DNA of 63,777 bases, the filler included, from Octopus bimaculoides (taxonomy: Eukaryota): the NCBI RefSeq assembly GCF_001194135.2. It is 6 parts of 6 records of this genome, joined end to end, with 100 filler letters (N's around TTAATTAATTAA, not from the genome) between each part and the next. Parts side by side here need not be neighbours in the genome. Positions count along the whole stretch, not along the records: positions 1 to 25,199 come from NC_068991.1; positions 25,300 to 43,256 come from NC_068992.1; 4 more parts are not named here. One strand, written 5' to 3'. This document shows positions 12,455 through 26,136 of the stretch, piece after piece. Position numbers and translations under genes: made by a program. Numbering within the stretch: the stretch's first letter is position 1; each line of letters begins with the position of its first letter. The notes below the pieces were generated by a model, which saw only the letters and a list, made by a program, of their open reading frames with translations, made no database searches and was not told where the DNA came from.

Positions 12455-12600
12455 TTCTCTTTCTTTCTTTCTGTGGAAGAGCGTAGGCTCGAAACGATAA
12501 AGACTTTTTCAATTCCCGAGCGTTATACTAATACATTTGTTTGTTTTCTACACCACCTGTCTTCGTTTGCTGTTTTTTGTTGTTTTTTTTTGTGATTTCT
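12455..12600 (+). mobile_element. Penelope-like repeat terminus with hammerhead-like motif (copy 1)
   Basis: Homologous to 49920-50090; contains tcttt-CTGTGGA-a-GAGC-gtag-GCTC-GAAAC-gat-aaaga and is followed by (TA)n. Confidence 0.55.
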
Positions 12601-13020
12601 CCATAAATATATATATATATATATATGATACAGAAATAAATTTTATATTCTCAAACGCGTGATAATGCTAATAAAATTGCGTGANNNNNNNNNNNNNNNN
12701 NNNNNNNNNNNNNNNNNNNNNNNNNNNNNNNNNNNNNNNNNNNNNNNNNNNNNNNNNNNNNNNNNNNNNNNNNNNNNNNNNNNNNNNNNNNNNNNNNNNN
12801 NNNNNNNNNNNNNNNNNNNNNNNNNNNNNNNNNNNNNNNNNNNNNNNNNNNNNNNNNNNNNNNNNNNNNNNNNNNNNNNNNNNNNNNNNNNNNNNNNNNN
12901 NNNNNNNNNNNNNNNNNNNNNNNNNNNNNNNNNNNNNNNNNNNNNNNNNNNNNNNNNNNNNNNNNNNNNNNNNNNNNNNNNNNNNNNNNNNNNNNNNNNN
13001 NNNNNNNNNNNNNNNNNNNN

Positions 13021-13470
13021 TATTTAGTGCGTTTTCTACCGAAACACTTTAAAACTTCATATACTTGTATATTTTGTCTTATAGAACAGAGAAAAATTTT
13101 TATATTCGAAGTTATTTCATGTTAAAAGTTGTCGTATTTTGGTAATTTCAACCAATCACTGACGTCTATTGAGATGAAAACAATTACTGCTGCGGAATGT
13201 AAACAACACGTTCTAGCGGTGTAATGGGATCTTTTCCCTTGAATAAAATTAGTGCCGTTGTTTGTCAACAACAACTATCGGCGGTACTGCTATTTATGAC
13301 ATCGTTCGTGCGTTTGTACTGGTTTTAGCTTTAGGGTTTTAGGGTTAGGGTTCGGGTTTTAGAGTTAGGGTTAGGGTGTTAGGGTTAGGGTTAGGATTAT
13401 GAGTATTTTTGTGTATGTGGTTCTGCATCTGAAGCACTAAAATGTACAGACGTCAAAACAACTGAATATC
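13021..13470 (+). mobile_element. MITE-like element sharing an arm with 58827-59402 and carrying degenerate TTAGGG repeats
   Basis: 13021-13170 matches the reverse complement of the right arm of the 58827 element, including aatttcaaccaatcactgacgtc. An (TTAGGG)-like tract lies at about 13325-13396. The left end is in a gap. Confidence 0.7.
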
Positions 13471-14282
13471 CAGTCGTTCGTGCCAAATAGCCAGCGTCCA
13501 AACAGCTGCGCCCATTTGTCTCATTCCGATCAAATGCTGGACTCATTACTCCATCAAGGGTGGAACTGTTGGATGTTCAAACAGAACCATTTCAAACAAC
13601 TACTGTTGGGTCATCAAAGATTAGACAATAGATAAATTTATCATCTAAAAATGCATTGGCAAAAAAATATAAACATTCAACTGTTAAAATGTGAAATGAA
13701 TTCTTTGTTGTAATCTTTTTGACGTTATTCGAACCTTTGATAATTTTAATCGATAATTCTTTATTGTTGTTAAAACAATAACATAAAACATTTTATATCC
13801 ATTTTTTAATTTCTTTTCAAAAAGAGAAATGACTCATCACATAAGTAGTTCTAGATACAAAGATTTGAAACAAGGCAGAAAAGTCTTGAAGTCTTCAGAT
13901 CGTAGATTCACTGGAGCCATGTTGGTCTGAAACTAAACAACAACTACAACAACAACAGCTACAATGTCGAACACAGACTCCGTCAAATACACAGACACAT
14001 ACACACAAATAATATCGTCTCGATATTTATTTCATGCACGTATATCTTTTTCTTTCTTTTTTTTAATTAACACATTTAACTGTTTCATTACTGGAATCAA
14101 TTTTGCATCACTTCTTTGCACTCGCAAAATGTGAATCTCTCACTTCATCGATGCTAAAAAGAAAACGAGAAGTGGCGTCTGATCTTTAAACACTAAAGAT
14201 GTGATCAATGGCTACAATGGTTGATATGTATGTATGTATGTATTTATTTATGTATGTATGTTTGTATACATGCATGTACATA

Positions 14283-14349
<67 letters not shown>

Positions 14350-14389
14350 ATTGTTGTTGCTGCCGCTGCTGTTGTTGTTGTTGTTGTTG

Positions 14390-14570
14390 TTAGCGTCTCG
14401 AAAAAATGTTTGACGGCATGCCAACTTAGCTCTGAGTTTAAATTCCGCCGAGGTGAACTTTGCCTTTCGTCCTTTCGAGTTCATAAAAGAAGTACCAGTT
14501 AAGTAATAGAGTTGACGTAATCGACTAACCACCCGCTTCCAGATTACTGGCTTTGTGACTGTAGAAACCA
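14390..14570 (+). mobile_element. SINE family C, degenerate
   Basis: aaattccgccgaggtgaactttgcctttcgtcctttcg block. Confidence 0.7.
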
Positions 14571-14749
14571 TGTCTGTTACTGTTGTTGACGATATTGAAC
14601 TCAAGATCAAACCGGATCAAGCCCATCTGCAGTCAGAGATGTTCCAACTATGACTACCCCGACGTTTAATCAGCTACAATGTCTCCAAGGTTACCAAATG
14701 TGTCGCAGATTTTTATTGGTCAAAGATAGTCACTTGATTGAATATGTTT

Positions 14750-14956
14750 CTATTCTTTTACTTGTTTCAGTCATTTGACTGCAGCCACTCTGAAGCACCG
14801 ACTTGAAGGGTTTCAGTCGAACAAACCAATCCCAGGATTTTTTTAAAGCCGAGTACTTATTTTACTGGTCTCTTTTGCTGAACTGCTAAGTTACAGAGAC
14901 ACAAACATACCAACACCGGTTGTCAAGCGGTGATGGGGGACAAACACAGACACAAA

Positions 14957-15019
<63 letters not shown>

Positions 15020-15150
15020 GACGAGCTCCTTTCCAGTTTCCGTCTACCGAATCCATTCACAAGTCTTTGGTCAGCCCGAGGCTATAGTAGAAGGCACTTT
15101 CCGAAGGTACCATGCTGTGGGACTGAACCCGGAACCATGTGGTTGGGAAG
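14750..15150 (-). mobile_element. SINE family B with internal (CA)n
   Basis: Full-length reverse-complement match with the microsatellite at the usual internal position. Confidence 0.85.
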
Positions 15151-16021
15151 TAGTGTGACTGGTGATGTAAGAGATACTACCCAATTCAGGTCTCTGGTCG
15201 TTGAGGACAATTACTCAATGATGCTCATTGATTTGATTGGTTGTAGATTTGAGTCATTAAGTCTTAGACTCTCGGAGTCTAAAAGTTGCCCAAGTGAAAC
15301 AATTTACATCGATCGTATTTTTGACTTCTGATTAAATGAAATGTTCTTCCTCTTCCTGTTACTACTCAAGTATCGAAATTATTTTCCGAATTGTTTTCTA
15401 ATCAATAGCTAAGGCATCGTTATATAGTGTATGCTCTGTTAATAATGCCTGTCCAATGATAGTTAAGAGAAGTGTTATGTAAATGTCGTCATAGTAGATT
15501 CTTTTTGGATACCTTTAAGGAACCTATTCCAGGCCTATTCACTCTAATACATAACCATCATAAGCCTGAATTAAATAGTCTCCTTTCCACCAAGTCCAGC
15601 CAAAAATGCTTTTGATGTGACACATATTCAACCACGCAACACGCCTTGACAAATGACATTCGGCCAACCTTATGCCTTACACACGCGGTTTCATTGATCA
15701 TATATTTTCTGACTGATTGCATGAATAACGTGTGTGAAACTCCGAGTAAAAATAAAGTGAATCGATATTTTATTCCCTCTAGGCTATGTATTGAGTGCTT
15801 TCTTTCTTCTTTGTTGACACAAACGTATTTATATTTATATTGTGTGTGTATGTCACCGGATGTCTATACTGTGCAGCCTTCTTATTTTCCTCCATCTGTG
15901 CAATGGCTTAGAATTTTGTGTTGGGGAGAGGCACAGGATACGCACAGAAACGTATGCTTACATACGTACAAATAGACATAAACACACGCGCACACACACA
16001 CACGCGCGCACACGCGTGCAC

Positions 16022-16083
<62 letters not shown>

Positions 16084-16719
16084 ATATGCATTACTGAGAA
16101 AGTGTCTTTCTTAGCAGACGGATGACAATGAAGTTTCGGAGATGCACTCTATAGAAAGAGAAAAACCATTTTTTAATAATAACACTACTGTTCTTCATAA
16201 AACCCGGAATTTCATCCGTAAAACAGAGACTTCACTGTACTTACTACAGTTGTGTCACGACTATACATGGTTTGACGCCAATGACCAGCTGATAATAATT
16301 TTACAGGATATCAGATGCATCCAACTGCCAATAAATATATTATTTTAAACATACGGCTTGGGAACATTATTGTATACGACAGTATAAGAATAACAACACA
16401 TTTAGAAAACAGTCAGTGTTCAGCCACAGTAGACTTAGTTTGTATTGTTAAGAAAAGTGATTGTTTTGTTTTACTTTTTAGTGATTCATTTATTTATTTA
16501 TTCTTTCAACTGTGAAGCAAATTTCATTTCTGTGAAGGTTCTTTTGCGTGCACCATTTGTACGTAAACACCTGTCTGGATGGTTTAATTCATGGCGTTCT
16601 CTAAGCTCTCTTTGTGTGTGTGGGTGTGTGTGTGTGTGTGGGTGTGTGTGTTTGTGCATGTTTCTATGTTTACATCTGCACACAATTGTGTGTGTTGGTG
16701 TAACATTCCGAATAAGATG

Positions 16720-16915
16720 AGGTGTGTGTCTCTGCGTGTGTGTGTGTGTGTGTGTTTATGTCCCCGTAACTTAGCGGTTCGTCAAAAAGGAAGCCGATAG
16801 AATAAGGATCAGGCTTAAAAATATATACTAGGATCGATTCATTCGACTAAAATACCTCTAGACGGTGCCCCAGCATGGCCGCAGTCTAATGACTGGAACA
16901 AGTAAGAAATGAAAC
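16720..16915 (+). mobile_element. SINE family B 3' half
   Basis: gtccccgtaacttagcggttcg...cagcatggccgcagtc...gaaacaag. Confidence 0.75.
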
Positions 16916-17759
16916 AAGCAGAATATTATGCTATTAGTATAATACTAGCTATTTGGCTATACACGTGTACATCAGTATTTGGGTAATACTAGCTGTATGG
17001 TTGTGTGTGTGTGTGTTTGTGTGTTTGTATGTGTGCGTGTGTGCGTGCGTGTGTGCGTGCGTGTGTGCGCGTGTGTTTATATAGATATAGATATTAGTAT
17101 GTGTAGTCCTGGCTGTATGGCAAGCAGGCTGGGAGATTCTGTGCCTATGAAAGCAGTCAGTGTACAAAAAGGAATGAGACAAGTGTTTATCTATGTCAAC
17201 AGTGGCATTTCTTTTGTGTCCCATGTCAGGTTTATATGTATTGGTTGCAGTTTATTCTGTCTATAAGCTACATTAGCGCACACAGCCACGATTTATATTT
17301 AACAAGATATCGACTATACAAGAAGAAAAAAAAACAGAAAGAATTAAAGCAAAAGTAAAAAAAAAAAAAGGTGTTTGAAGGGGTTGAAATCCAACAATAA
17401 GACTACCATAAATCTATAGATACATGTACTTCCATGTATATTTTTGTCTAAGTATATTGTGGTGTATTTAAAGCCATCGTCTTATCCTTGAGTATCAGAA
17501 CACGTGTATGGAATGATCTTTTGTCTGATACAAGGCTTTCAAAATCGGTCTAATATATTTCCGAACTAATACATTAATAGGTCATAAGATGTAATATAAT
17601 ATAATATAAAATAATATATAATGCATACAAACTAAATATACATTATCAATCGTTATCTTAGCCTCCAACTCGCTTTCCTTTCTACTCAGCAAGACACCTA
17701 TAGCTGTCCCCTCTACGCCTTAAACCTCTCAACTAACACAAAGCCACACTCCCTCAATT

Positions 17760-18090
17760 CTACTCTCCCCTCCTAGTTGAGAGTTCTGTCTTGCAAGGGA
17801 CTTGGTAACCCTGTAGATGCTGGTGTCACGTAAAGAGCGCTGATGCTGGTGCCACGGAAAAAAAGCGCTGGTGCTGGTGTCACGTAAAAAGCATTGGTGT
17901 TGGTGCCGCATAAAAAACCACACAGTATATTCTGTAAAGTGGTTGGCGTTACAAAGGACATCCAGTCGTAGAAACCATGCCATAACAGACAATGGAACCG
18001 GGTACGGCTCCTGGCCTAGCTAGTTCCTCTCAAACTAACTCATGTTAGCATGGAAAACGGACGTCAAATAATGATGATGATGACGATGAA
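17760..18090 (+). mobile_element. RTE-related non-autonomous element, family E
   Basis: Tandem gctggtgtcacgtaaaaagc units, then gtggttggcgttacaaaggacatccag, ending ggacgtcaaataatgatgatgatg with a (GAT)n tail. Homologous to 56995-57385 and 58060-58190. Confidence 0.65.
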
Positions 18091-18227
18091 ACTTGTTACC
18101 ATTTCAAATATGCCTGAGGCACATTTGAAACCCATAAGAAAGCCATTCACTGTAATTTGTCATGCAGAAAATGTTTTACTCTAGACTGATAGATGTTATA
18201 TATATAGGTGTAACATGTATGTACGTA

Positions 18228-18280
<53 letters not shown>

Positions 18281-18293
18281 CTCTATCTCTCTA

Positions 18294-18360
<67 letters not shown>

Positions 18361-18879
18361 GGTTTTACTGCGAATGGTTTTGTTAAGTAGTGCCGATTTT
18401 TACAAATCTGTAAATGATAATAATAGCATTTTATAAGCTTAAAGCTTATAGTGATTACTGCACAATGACTAAAGAAAATAGTCTAATAATGGGACATATA
18501 AGCCCTCAACAGAAAAAAGTAATATTGAGGTTCAATGTTTTATACTTGTAATTATATTTCTTTTGACCCCTAGATATGCTTAGATAGAGGATCTGCGTTT
18601 CACACCAGGGAACTCGCAGACCAAGAACATTGCCGATTACATGGAAACTATCATGAGACAAGCATTAGTTTAGAAATGCTCACTTAGTATCACAAATACG
18701 ACAACCTCAAAAGGAATAACTACTGGTAGAAGTTTCAAAGATATAAATATACACATATACACACGCGCGAACAGGTACATTTTCCGACATATATGCAAAT
18801 GAAACGCAACGTTTCTACCTAAGCAAATCTGGGAGTTAAAAGAAAACAATGTAATCGCAAACGGAAGAGACATAAAAGA

Positions 18880-19135
18880 AAAACTTGCTCGTGAAATTAA
18901 CGTACAAGTGACTAAGCACACTACAAATACGTGCGTCCTTAACGTAGTTCTCGGGGAGATTCAGCGTGACACAGAACGTGACAAGGCTGGCCCTTTGATA
19001 TTTTTGTCAGTTGAGTGAAGTGGAGCAACGTGAAATAAAGTGTTTTGCTGAAGGACATAACACACTGCCAAGAATCGAACTCACGACCTTACTATCTTGA
19101 TCCGAATACTCTAACCACTTAATCACTCACCTTCG
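18880..19135 (-). mobile_element. SINE family A'
   Basis: Reverse-complement match: ttaacgtagttctcggggagattcagcgtgacaca...ggagcaacgtgaaataaagtg. Confidence 0.75.
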
Positions 19136-19339
19136 GAAGTAGTCGGTGTGAATAAGCTATAAACTCTACAACTCGTTCAATACATGTTGTAGAGTATATC
19201 TTTTCTCTCATTCGATCGAATAATTTGATGCAAAACTGTTTCTTTGAAATTTGTATCGTTCGATTATGGTGAAATTGTGTGTGCCGCTATCAGATGATGC
19301 TTTCAAGGAAAAAATGCAAGTCTAGCATGTGATGTTAAG

Positions 19340-19960
19340 GTTGCACATGGATGCCTCCTGTGTGTTGAAGACTTCAGAATACTGATGATTGATGTCTATA
19401 GATGCGTGAGTTTTGTTAGAAGTGATAGCGATTTCATTAATGTTCGGAAGAAAGATTTGGAGTACATTTGATAGGCTGTGGAGGGAAGACAGACGTGCCA
19501 GTGCGTGGTACAATGGAACATAGACGGGGAATGTCGCTAGTTAGTTGCCATCCCAGACTCACTCGAACGCATTACTGATATTAAGTGAGAGAAACCAATG
19601 ACGCGTAGAGTAAGAGAGCATTCATGGTTGGTTGGTTATCACTGAGGAGAGATGGAGCCTTGGAGCGGTGAAGGAGCTGATTATTTATAAATCATCTCCA
19701 TGACCTTTAAGATATTATTTGGAAGTGAGGAGAAGACATTGGTAGTTGACAGGAACAGACAGATTAGTGTCCTGGGAATGAAGCAAAATTTTGTTTCGGA
19801 TTGGGATAGGTCCCTGTTGAGGGAGAAATATTGAAGAATTTGATAAGGAAAGGCACTTAGCTTTCGAGTACACATTTTCAGGATAATGCTAGAGACAGTA
19901 TTGGAACTGGTGACCTTGTTAGGCTGGAGTGTTCATAGATGATTTCCTAGACGTCTTCTG
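19340..19960 (-). mobile_element. Highly degenerate LINE fragment, possibly CR1/L2 ORF2 3' end
   Basis: Minus-strand YSKSFFRT resembles the CR1/L2 terminal Y..SFFP.T motif; multiple stops and frameshifts. Confidence 0.3.
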
Positions 19961-21059
19961 AAAGCTCCTTATGCAAGTCAAAAACAGGACTGAAGATGCT
20001 TCATCTAAGATGTGCATACATTGTCCTTAAAAGAAACAAAAACATTTGTATTGAATTGCATTTGTATGAAATGATCCATTATACACAAACGGTTGTACTC
20101 TTATCTTTCTCCTCGTGTCTGAAGTTCCCTTTTTTTTTCTCTTTTCATTCTTCTTTCCCTCTCATTGATTTCACCACAAATGTTTCCGTTTCCTGCATGG
20201 TTTTTGATTCCTTAAATGTATTTGTTTGAATAATCTAAGAATATTGATAACACAATAAATGCAGACTGTCTTGATTACAGGAAATATTAGGAGTAGTTTA
20301 ATGTTTCTAAGATGGGAAACGAAGCAGTAATCCAACCACTTATTGCTAAAGTGAATAGGTGTAACAGAATTGGCTAAAACTTTGAAATATTCAGGTGGAG
20401 GACTCGTTAGTTGGTCTTAATCATTTGTGAGAGTACTTCTTGTGACATACGTGTTCTCGAGCGCTTAAACAACAACGTTATCGTCACTAATTGAAAAATG
20501 GTTGGGATATTTAATGTAGGGAAGCAAAAATTGTAAATAATCAAAATTATACCGATAGTTAAGAGAAATAACTATTATCTTAAAGATTAACTCTGATTAA
20601 GAAAGGCAGGGGAGAAAACTTAAAATTACTTCTCAGCAGAGTAAACAGCAGAGAAGATACAATGCAATTCAAGCGTGTAAGCCCTGTCAATGACTACGGA
20701 CTGTATTTGTAGTTATTTCTGTAATAAAGCTAAGCAAAAAATATAGTTTGCACCACAGCATTCACATATTTACTCTTCTCCATAGCATCTTCGCTTTTAC
20801 CTCTCTATATAGCATTACAGTTGTTATTGGAAAGATGTCACACTTTCAACTAAAATCTACAAGTACATTACATTTGAGCAAGGAAACATAGTCTTGTTTT
20901 TTGTTGTTGTTTTTTTCTTTATCTTCTTATTCATTTCAACGGTTCTTCTGCCCAGTACCCTGGTGGCTTCAGAAATAGCGTTCCTTGGACTAATTTCAGG
21001 ATTGGTATGTGGGCACCTGCAGTGCTACGTTGCTACCTGCAATGTTATGTGGATAACCA

Positions 21060-21157
<98 letters not shown>

Positions 21158-22504
21158 TAATATGTATCTTTATGACTTATATGATAGTCTCAAGTAGCAT
21201 GTATTTGTATAGAATAATATCTGAATTCTTGAGGTGGTATGTGGTAAACATGATAGCTGCGGACATGTAAGGCATGTAAAAATCCCCAGTGGTATGTTGG
21301 TAAAGTGTAGAAGTGTTTGCGTCTCTGGCAATGTATGAAGAGATCGTATCGTAATACGTTACGCGAACCAGAAGAGAGTGGGGATGATTTCTTCAGCATA
21401 TTTGCCAATTTTTCAACATCTCGCCATCAACATGGCATCTATTATTTGTATACGTTTGATTGAAAGAGAAGGCAAGAAGAGACATGATAGTTAATCAGGA
21501 GAAGATTAAGTTCTGATTGATTTCTGAGGCTTATGCAATATTTATAAACCGTAGACACGTATCTATTAATGTAGACATACAAGCTGCATATGCATCTGCA
21601 ATGTGTGGAGGGAGTGTGTGCATGAGTTTGTATGCATCCAGATTGCTTGTCCGTGTTCCAAAGTGCCGAGTATACTAAAAATAATTAAGCTATGGAATAT
21701 GCATGTTCGTGAGAATATATGTGATATGGATACGCACGCGCATACAGATTTCATAGCTTAATCAAGTGTTCAGTTGTGTATGTACACTCAGTACCATAGC
21801 TTAAGTATGTGTCTCTGTGTGTGTGTAGTAGTAGTAGTAGTTGTAGAGAGAGAGAGAGAGAGAGAGACAAAGAAAGAGAGACAGAAACAGATACATAAAT
21901 AGAGAAATCAGTACATGTTTATATATATTTGCGTGTGTGTGTATATATATTTGTGTGTGTGTATGTGTGCATATATATATATTTATAAGTATACACACAC
22001 ACATACCTACACACACACACACACACACACCATAAGGTTCTACGCTATGGGATCAAAACCTGAACTACGTAGTTGCGACTTGAATGTGCTAACCTCACGA
22101 CTATGCTTACGCCTATTATACTCTGTTAATAATAATAATCATAATAATAATAATAATAGTAATAATAAACACCAGGACTAACAAATATATATAACATACA
22201 GAAAATTGCACTACTAGGCATTGCGCGCATCCTACGTAATGCACTTTCAATACAGTAAAAATAAGAGCACCGCAATAAACCATAGTACATATCGAAGGCA
22301 CAAAGAAATGCGCTCGGTAGAGTAGTGAAAGCACGTTCTAAGGCTACTGAATAATAATAATAATAATTATAACTAATAATGATTATAATTATAATTATAA
22401 CTAATATTAATAATTTTAACTACAATAGTAATGATGATTTCAAAATTAACCACAAGGGTTTACAATAAGAAAAACATCATGGACAGCGCAGGATAGAACA
22501 AAGA

Positions 22505-22547
<43 letters not shown>

Positions 22548-22714
22548 TGTGTGCGTGCGTGCGCGTGTGAGTGAGTGTGTGCTCTTGCGAGGGTTTTACG
22601 TGTAAACAAGACCAACAAAATTTTTAAAATCAACAATGTGTGATACTCGATAGAGAAGAGACGTTCGAGGGTTGCTCATGGAAAAGCCCCATGGGTACCC
22701 GACTTTTAGGAGCT

Positions 22715-22784
22715 TTGCCTGTTCAAGATAAACTTTCCAGGCACGGAAGTGCCGTCAACCGAGCTTGTCCGAGATGCGCGCAGG
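22715..22784 (+). mobile_element. Tx1/L1-clade LINE fragment (zf-RVT region)
   Basis: GALPVQDKLSRHGSAVNRACPRCAQ matches the zf-RVT pattern; truncated by an N gap. Confidence 0.65.
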
Positions 22785-23554
22785 NNNNNNNNNNNNNNNN
22801 NNNNNNNNNNNNNNNNNNNNNNNNNNNNNNNNNNNNNNNNNNNNNNNNNNNNNNNNNNNNNNNNNNNNNNNNNNNNNNNNNNNNNNNNNNNNNNNNNNNN
22901 NNNNNNNNNNNNNNNNNNNNNNNNNNNNNNNNNNNNNNNNNNNNNNNNNNNNNNNNNNNNNNNNNNNNNNNNNNNNNNNNNNNNNNNNNNNNNNNNNNNN
23001 NNNNNNNNNNNNNNNNNNNNNNNNNNNNNNNNNNNNNNNNNNNNNNNNNNNNNNNNNNNNNNNNNNNNNNNNNNNNNNNNNNNNNNNNNNNNNNNNNNNN
23101 NNNNNNNNNNNNNNNNNNNNNNNNNNNNNNNNNNNNNNNNNNNNNNNNNNNNNNNNNNNNNNNNNNNNNNNNNNNNNNNNNNNNNNNNNNNNNNNNNNNN
23201 NNNNNNNNNNNNNNNNNNNNNNNNNNNNNNNNNNNNNNNNNNNNNNNNNNNNNNNNNNNNNNNNNNNNNNNNNNNNNNNNNNNNNNNNNNNNNNNNNNNN
23301 NNNNNNNNNNNNNNNNNNNNNNNNNNNNNNNNNNNNNNNNNNNNNNNNNNNNNNNNNNNNNNNNNNNNNNNNNNNNNNNNNNNNNNNNNNNNNNNNNNNN
23401 NNNNNNNNNNNNNNNNNNNNNNNNNNNNNNNNNNNNNNNNNNNNNNNNNNNNNNNNNNNNNNNNNNNNNNNNNNNNNNNNNNNNNNNNNNNNNNNNNNNN
23501 NNNNNNNNNNNNNNNNNNNNNNNNNNNNNNNNNNNNNNNNNNNNNNNNNNNNNN

Positions 23555-24330
23555 CCTTTCGGGGTCGATAAATTAAGTACCAGTTACGCACTGGAGTCGA
23601 TGTAATCGTCTTAATCCCTTTATCCTTGTTTGTCCCCTCTATGTTTAGCCCCTTGTGGGTAATAAAGAAATAAGAAATGTTAGCATGCCAGGAGAAATGC
23701 CTAGCGATATTTCGTCTGTCTTTACGTTCTGGGTTCAAATTCTACCTTTCATCCTTTCGGGGTAGATAAATTAAGTACCAGTTGCGTACTGGGTCGATCT
23801 GATCGATTGCCCCCCCCCCTCCCCAAAAATTTCGGGTCTTGTGCCTAGTTTAGAAAAGGAACAATTATTATTATAATAATTGTTAAGGCTGTGAGCTGAC
23901 AGAAACGTTAGCGCGCCGGGCAAAATGCTCTGTATTTCCTCGTCTGCACGTTCTGGGTTCAAATTCCGCCGAGGTCGACTGTACCTTTTATCATTTCGGG
24001 ATCGATAAAATAAGTACCAGTTGCGCACTGAGGTCGATGTAATTGACTTAGCCCCTCCTCACAAAATTTCAACCTTTTGTTTGTAGTAGAAATAATAGTA
24101 ATAATTATTATTATTGTAAAGGCAGCGAGCTGACAGAATCGTTAGCGCGCCGGAAAAAATACATAACGGTATTTCGCCCGGCGTTACGTATTGAATTCAA
24201 ATTCCGAAGAGGTCAGCTTTGCCTTTCATCGGGTCGATAAAATAAGTACCAGTTGAGCACTGAGATCGATGTGATCGACCAGCCACCTACCCCGAAAATT
24301 GTAGGCCTTGTGCCTATAGTAGAAAGGATT
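23555..24330 (+). mobile_element. Head-to-tail cluster of four SINE family C copies
   Basis: The core cctttc...gggtcgataaa...aagtaccagtt recurs at about 23555, 23745, 23985 and 24220, with (ATT/TAA) tails between some copies. Confidence 0.85.
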
Positions 24331-24924
24331 CTTATTGATGTTGATGATATTTTTGTTAACGTTACCATGAACGCTGGAGTTCTGAAATGAATTAACATTT
24401 CTTTAAAATAGAACTCCCCTAGATTCACTTTCAGCAAAGAAGTGACAAAATGTAAATTTCTTTTGAGAACACACACCTGCTTTATAAACTGAAGCGTGTG
24501 AAACGTCTGTTTGTCTCCTCAAAAACTGACAAAAACAATCGCTTAAATGTTTCATGTTCATAACCGAACCCCAGCTAAGTTTCTGAAAGATTTTCAGACT
24601 TCCTGCTGCGCGACAGTTTCAGAGCTGAAATAAATAATGAAAGATTCGAACCTATGATTGTAGGAGGAATGGTAAAATAAAATGTATCTGCTTCTGCAAG
24701 AAAGCCAAGAACTATTGACAGTATTGTTACTGATAACTTGTCCTCTTGTGACAAGCACAACATTCTGTAGGTGTAGTCTACCTTATAAACAATTCAACTA
24801 TACAGTAAACCATGTATCCAACATCTGAAATCGTGGCATTGGTTTCTTAATTTCTTTACTGAACTCATTTTTCTTGTTTTTTTTTTTGTTTTTTTTACAC
24901 GAAAGGCATCGTTTTCACTTTCTC

Positions 24925-25199
24925 TTTTACTCTTTTACTCTTTTACTTGTTTCAGTCATTTGACTGCGGCCATGCTGGAGCACCGCCTTTAGTCGAGCAA
25001 ATCGACACCAGGACTTATTGTTTGTAAGCCTAGTACTTATTCTATCGGTCTCTTTTTGCCGAACCGCTAATTTACGGGGACGTAAACACACCAGCATCGG
25101 TTGTCAAGCGATGTTGGGGGGACAAACACAGACACACAAACATATACATATACATATACATACATACGACGGTCTTCTTTCAGTTTCCGTCTACCAAAT
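24925..25199 (-). mobile_element. SINE family B, young copy truncated by a gap
   Basis: (ctctttta)n tail and a near-consensus body. Confidence 0.85.
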
Positions 25200-25894
25200 N
25201 NNNNNNNNNNNNNNNNNNNNNNNNNNNNNNNNNNNNNNNNNNNTTAATTAATTAANNNNNNNNNNNNNNNNNNNNNNNNNNNNNNNNNNNNNNNNNNNNA
25301 GTTCCAACTCTGTTTTTTATGTTTTATTTATATTCTTATAAAATTAATGTGGGATAAAGAATATGGAATATATAATATAATATAAATGGTAAAATGAAAT
25401 GAAATATTGAATGTCTTATTGAATATATCAAATATTGAGTATTAAATATAGAGAATATGCATACACATATATATACACATATAAACATACATATACATAC
25501 ATACATATATGTGTATGTGTGTGTATGTATGTATGTATGTATGTTTGTATGTACGTATATATATGAAATACACACACACAACAACAGCAGAATATCCAAC
25601 AATTGTCGCGCTTCCGTCACGGAAGAATAAAACACAATGAAAGTATGGAAACATTTTACGTTTACCGGCTGCTTCCGACTTCCCCCATTCATACATACGC
25701 GCACATACATACACCTTCACCCCCACACAGAGCTATGTACATACATATACATACACGTGTATATGTGCATAAATACAGTCATATACATACATGTATACAT
25801 ACATATATACACAAACGTACCTACCCATATACATGCATACATACGTAGATATATACATATTTATACATACATATTTATTTATATATATAATTAT

Positions 25895-25940
<46 letters not shown>

Positions 25941-26102
25941 TTATATATACACATACACACACATATGTATATACCTACGTTTATTCATACATACTTTACA
26001 TATCCATGAACAATCCCCGGCACACTCCCCGGCAGCACACTCCTCTTCAATCAAAATAATACAAAAGAAAATCCGTGTTACAATAGAATATGAATTGTTT
26101 TA

Positions 26103-26136
<34 letters not shown>

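Noticed and set aside
15264-15282. Perfect 8-bp hairpin ttagactc-tcg-gagtctaa as a Helitron 3' end
   Set aside because: It is not followed by a CTRR terminus, and a hairpin this short is expected by chance in 64 kb.
18573-18686. Possible exon after a strong pyrimidine-rich acceptor (ICLDRGSAFHTRELADQEHCRLHG...)
   Set aside because: It has no clear donor and no recognisable domain; RNA-seq would be needed.
25244-25255. TTAATTAATTAA embedded in N runs (also 43301, 51972, 56607, 59877)
   Set aside because: An identical 12-mer with stops in all six frames, centred in roughly 100-bp gaps, is a scaffolding spacer rather than biology. Contiguity across these joins is unverified.
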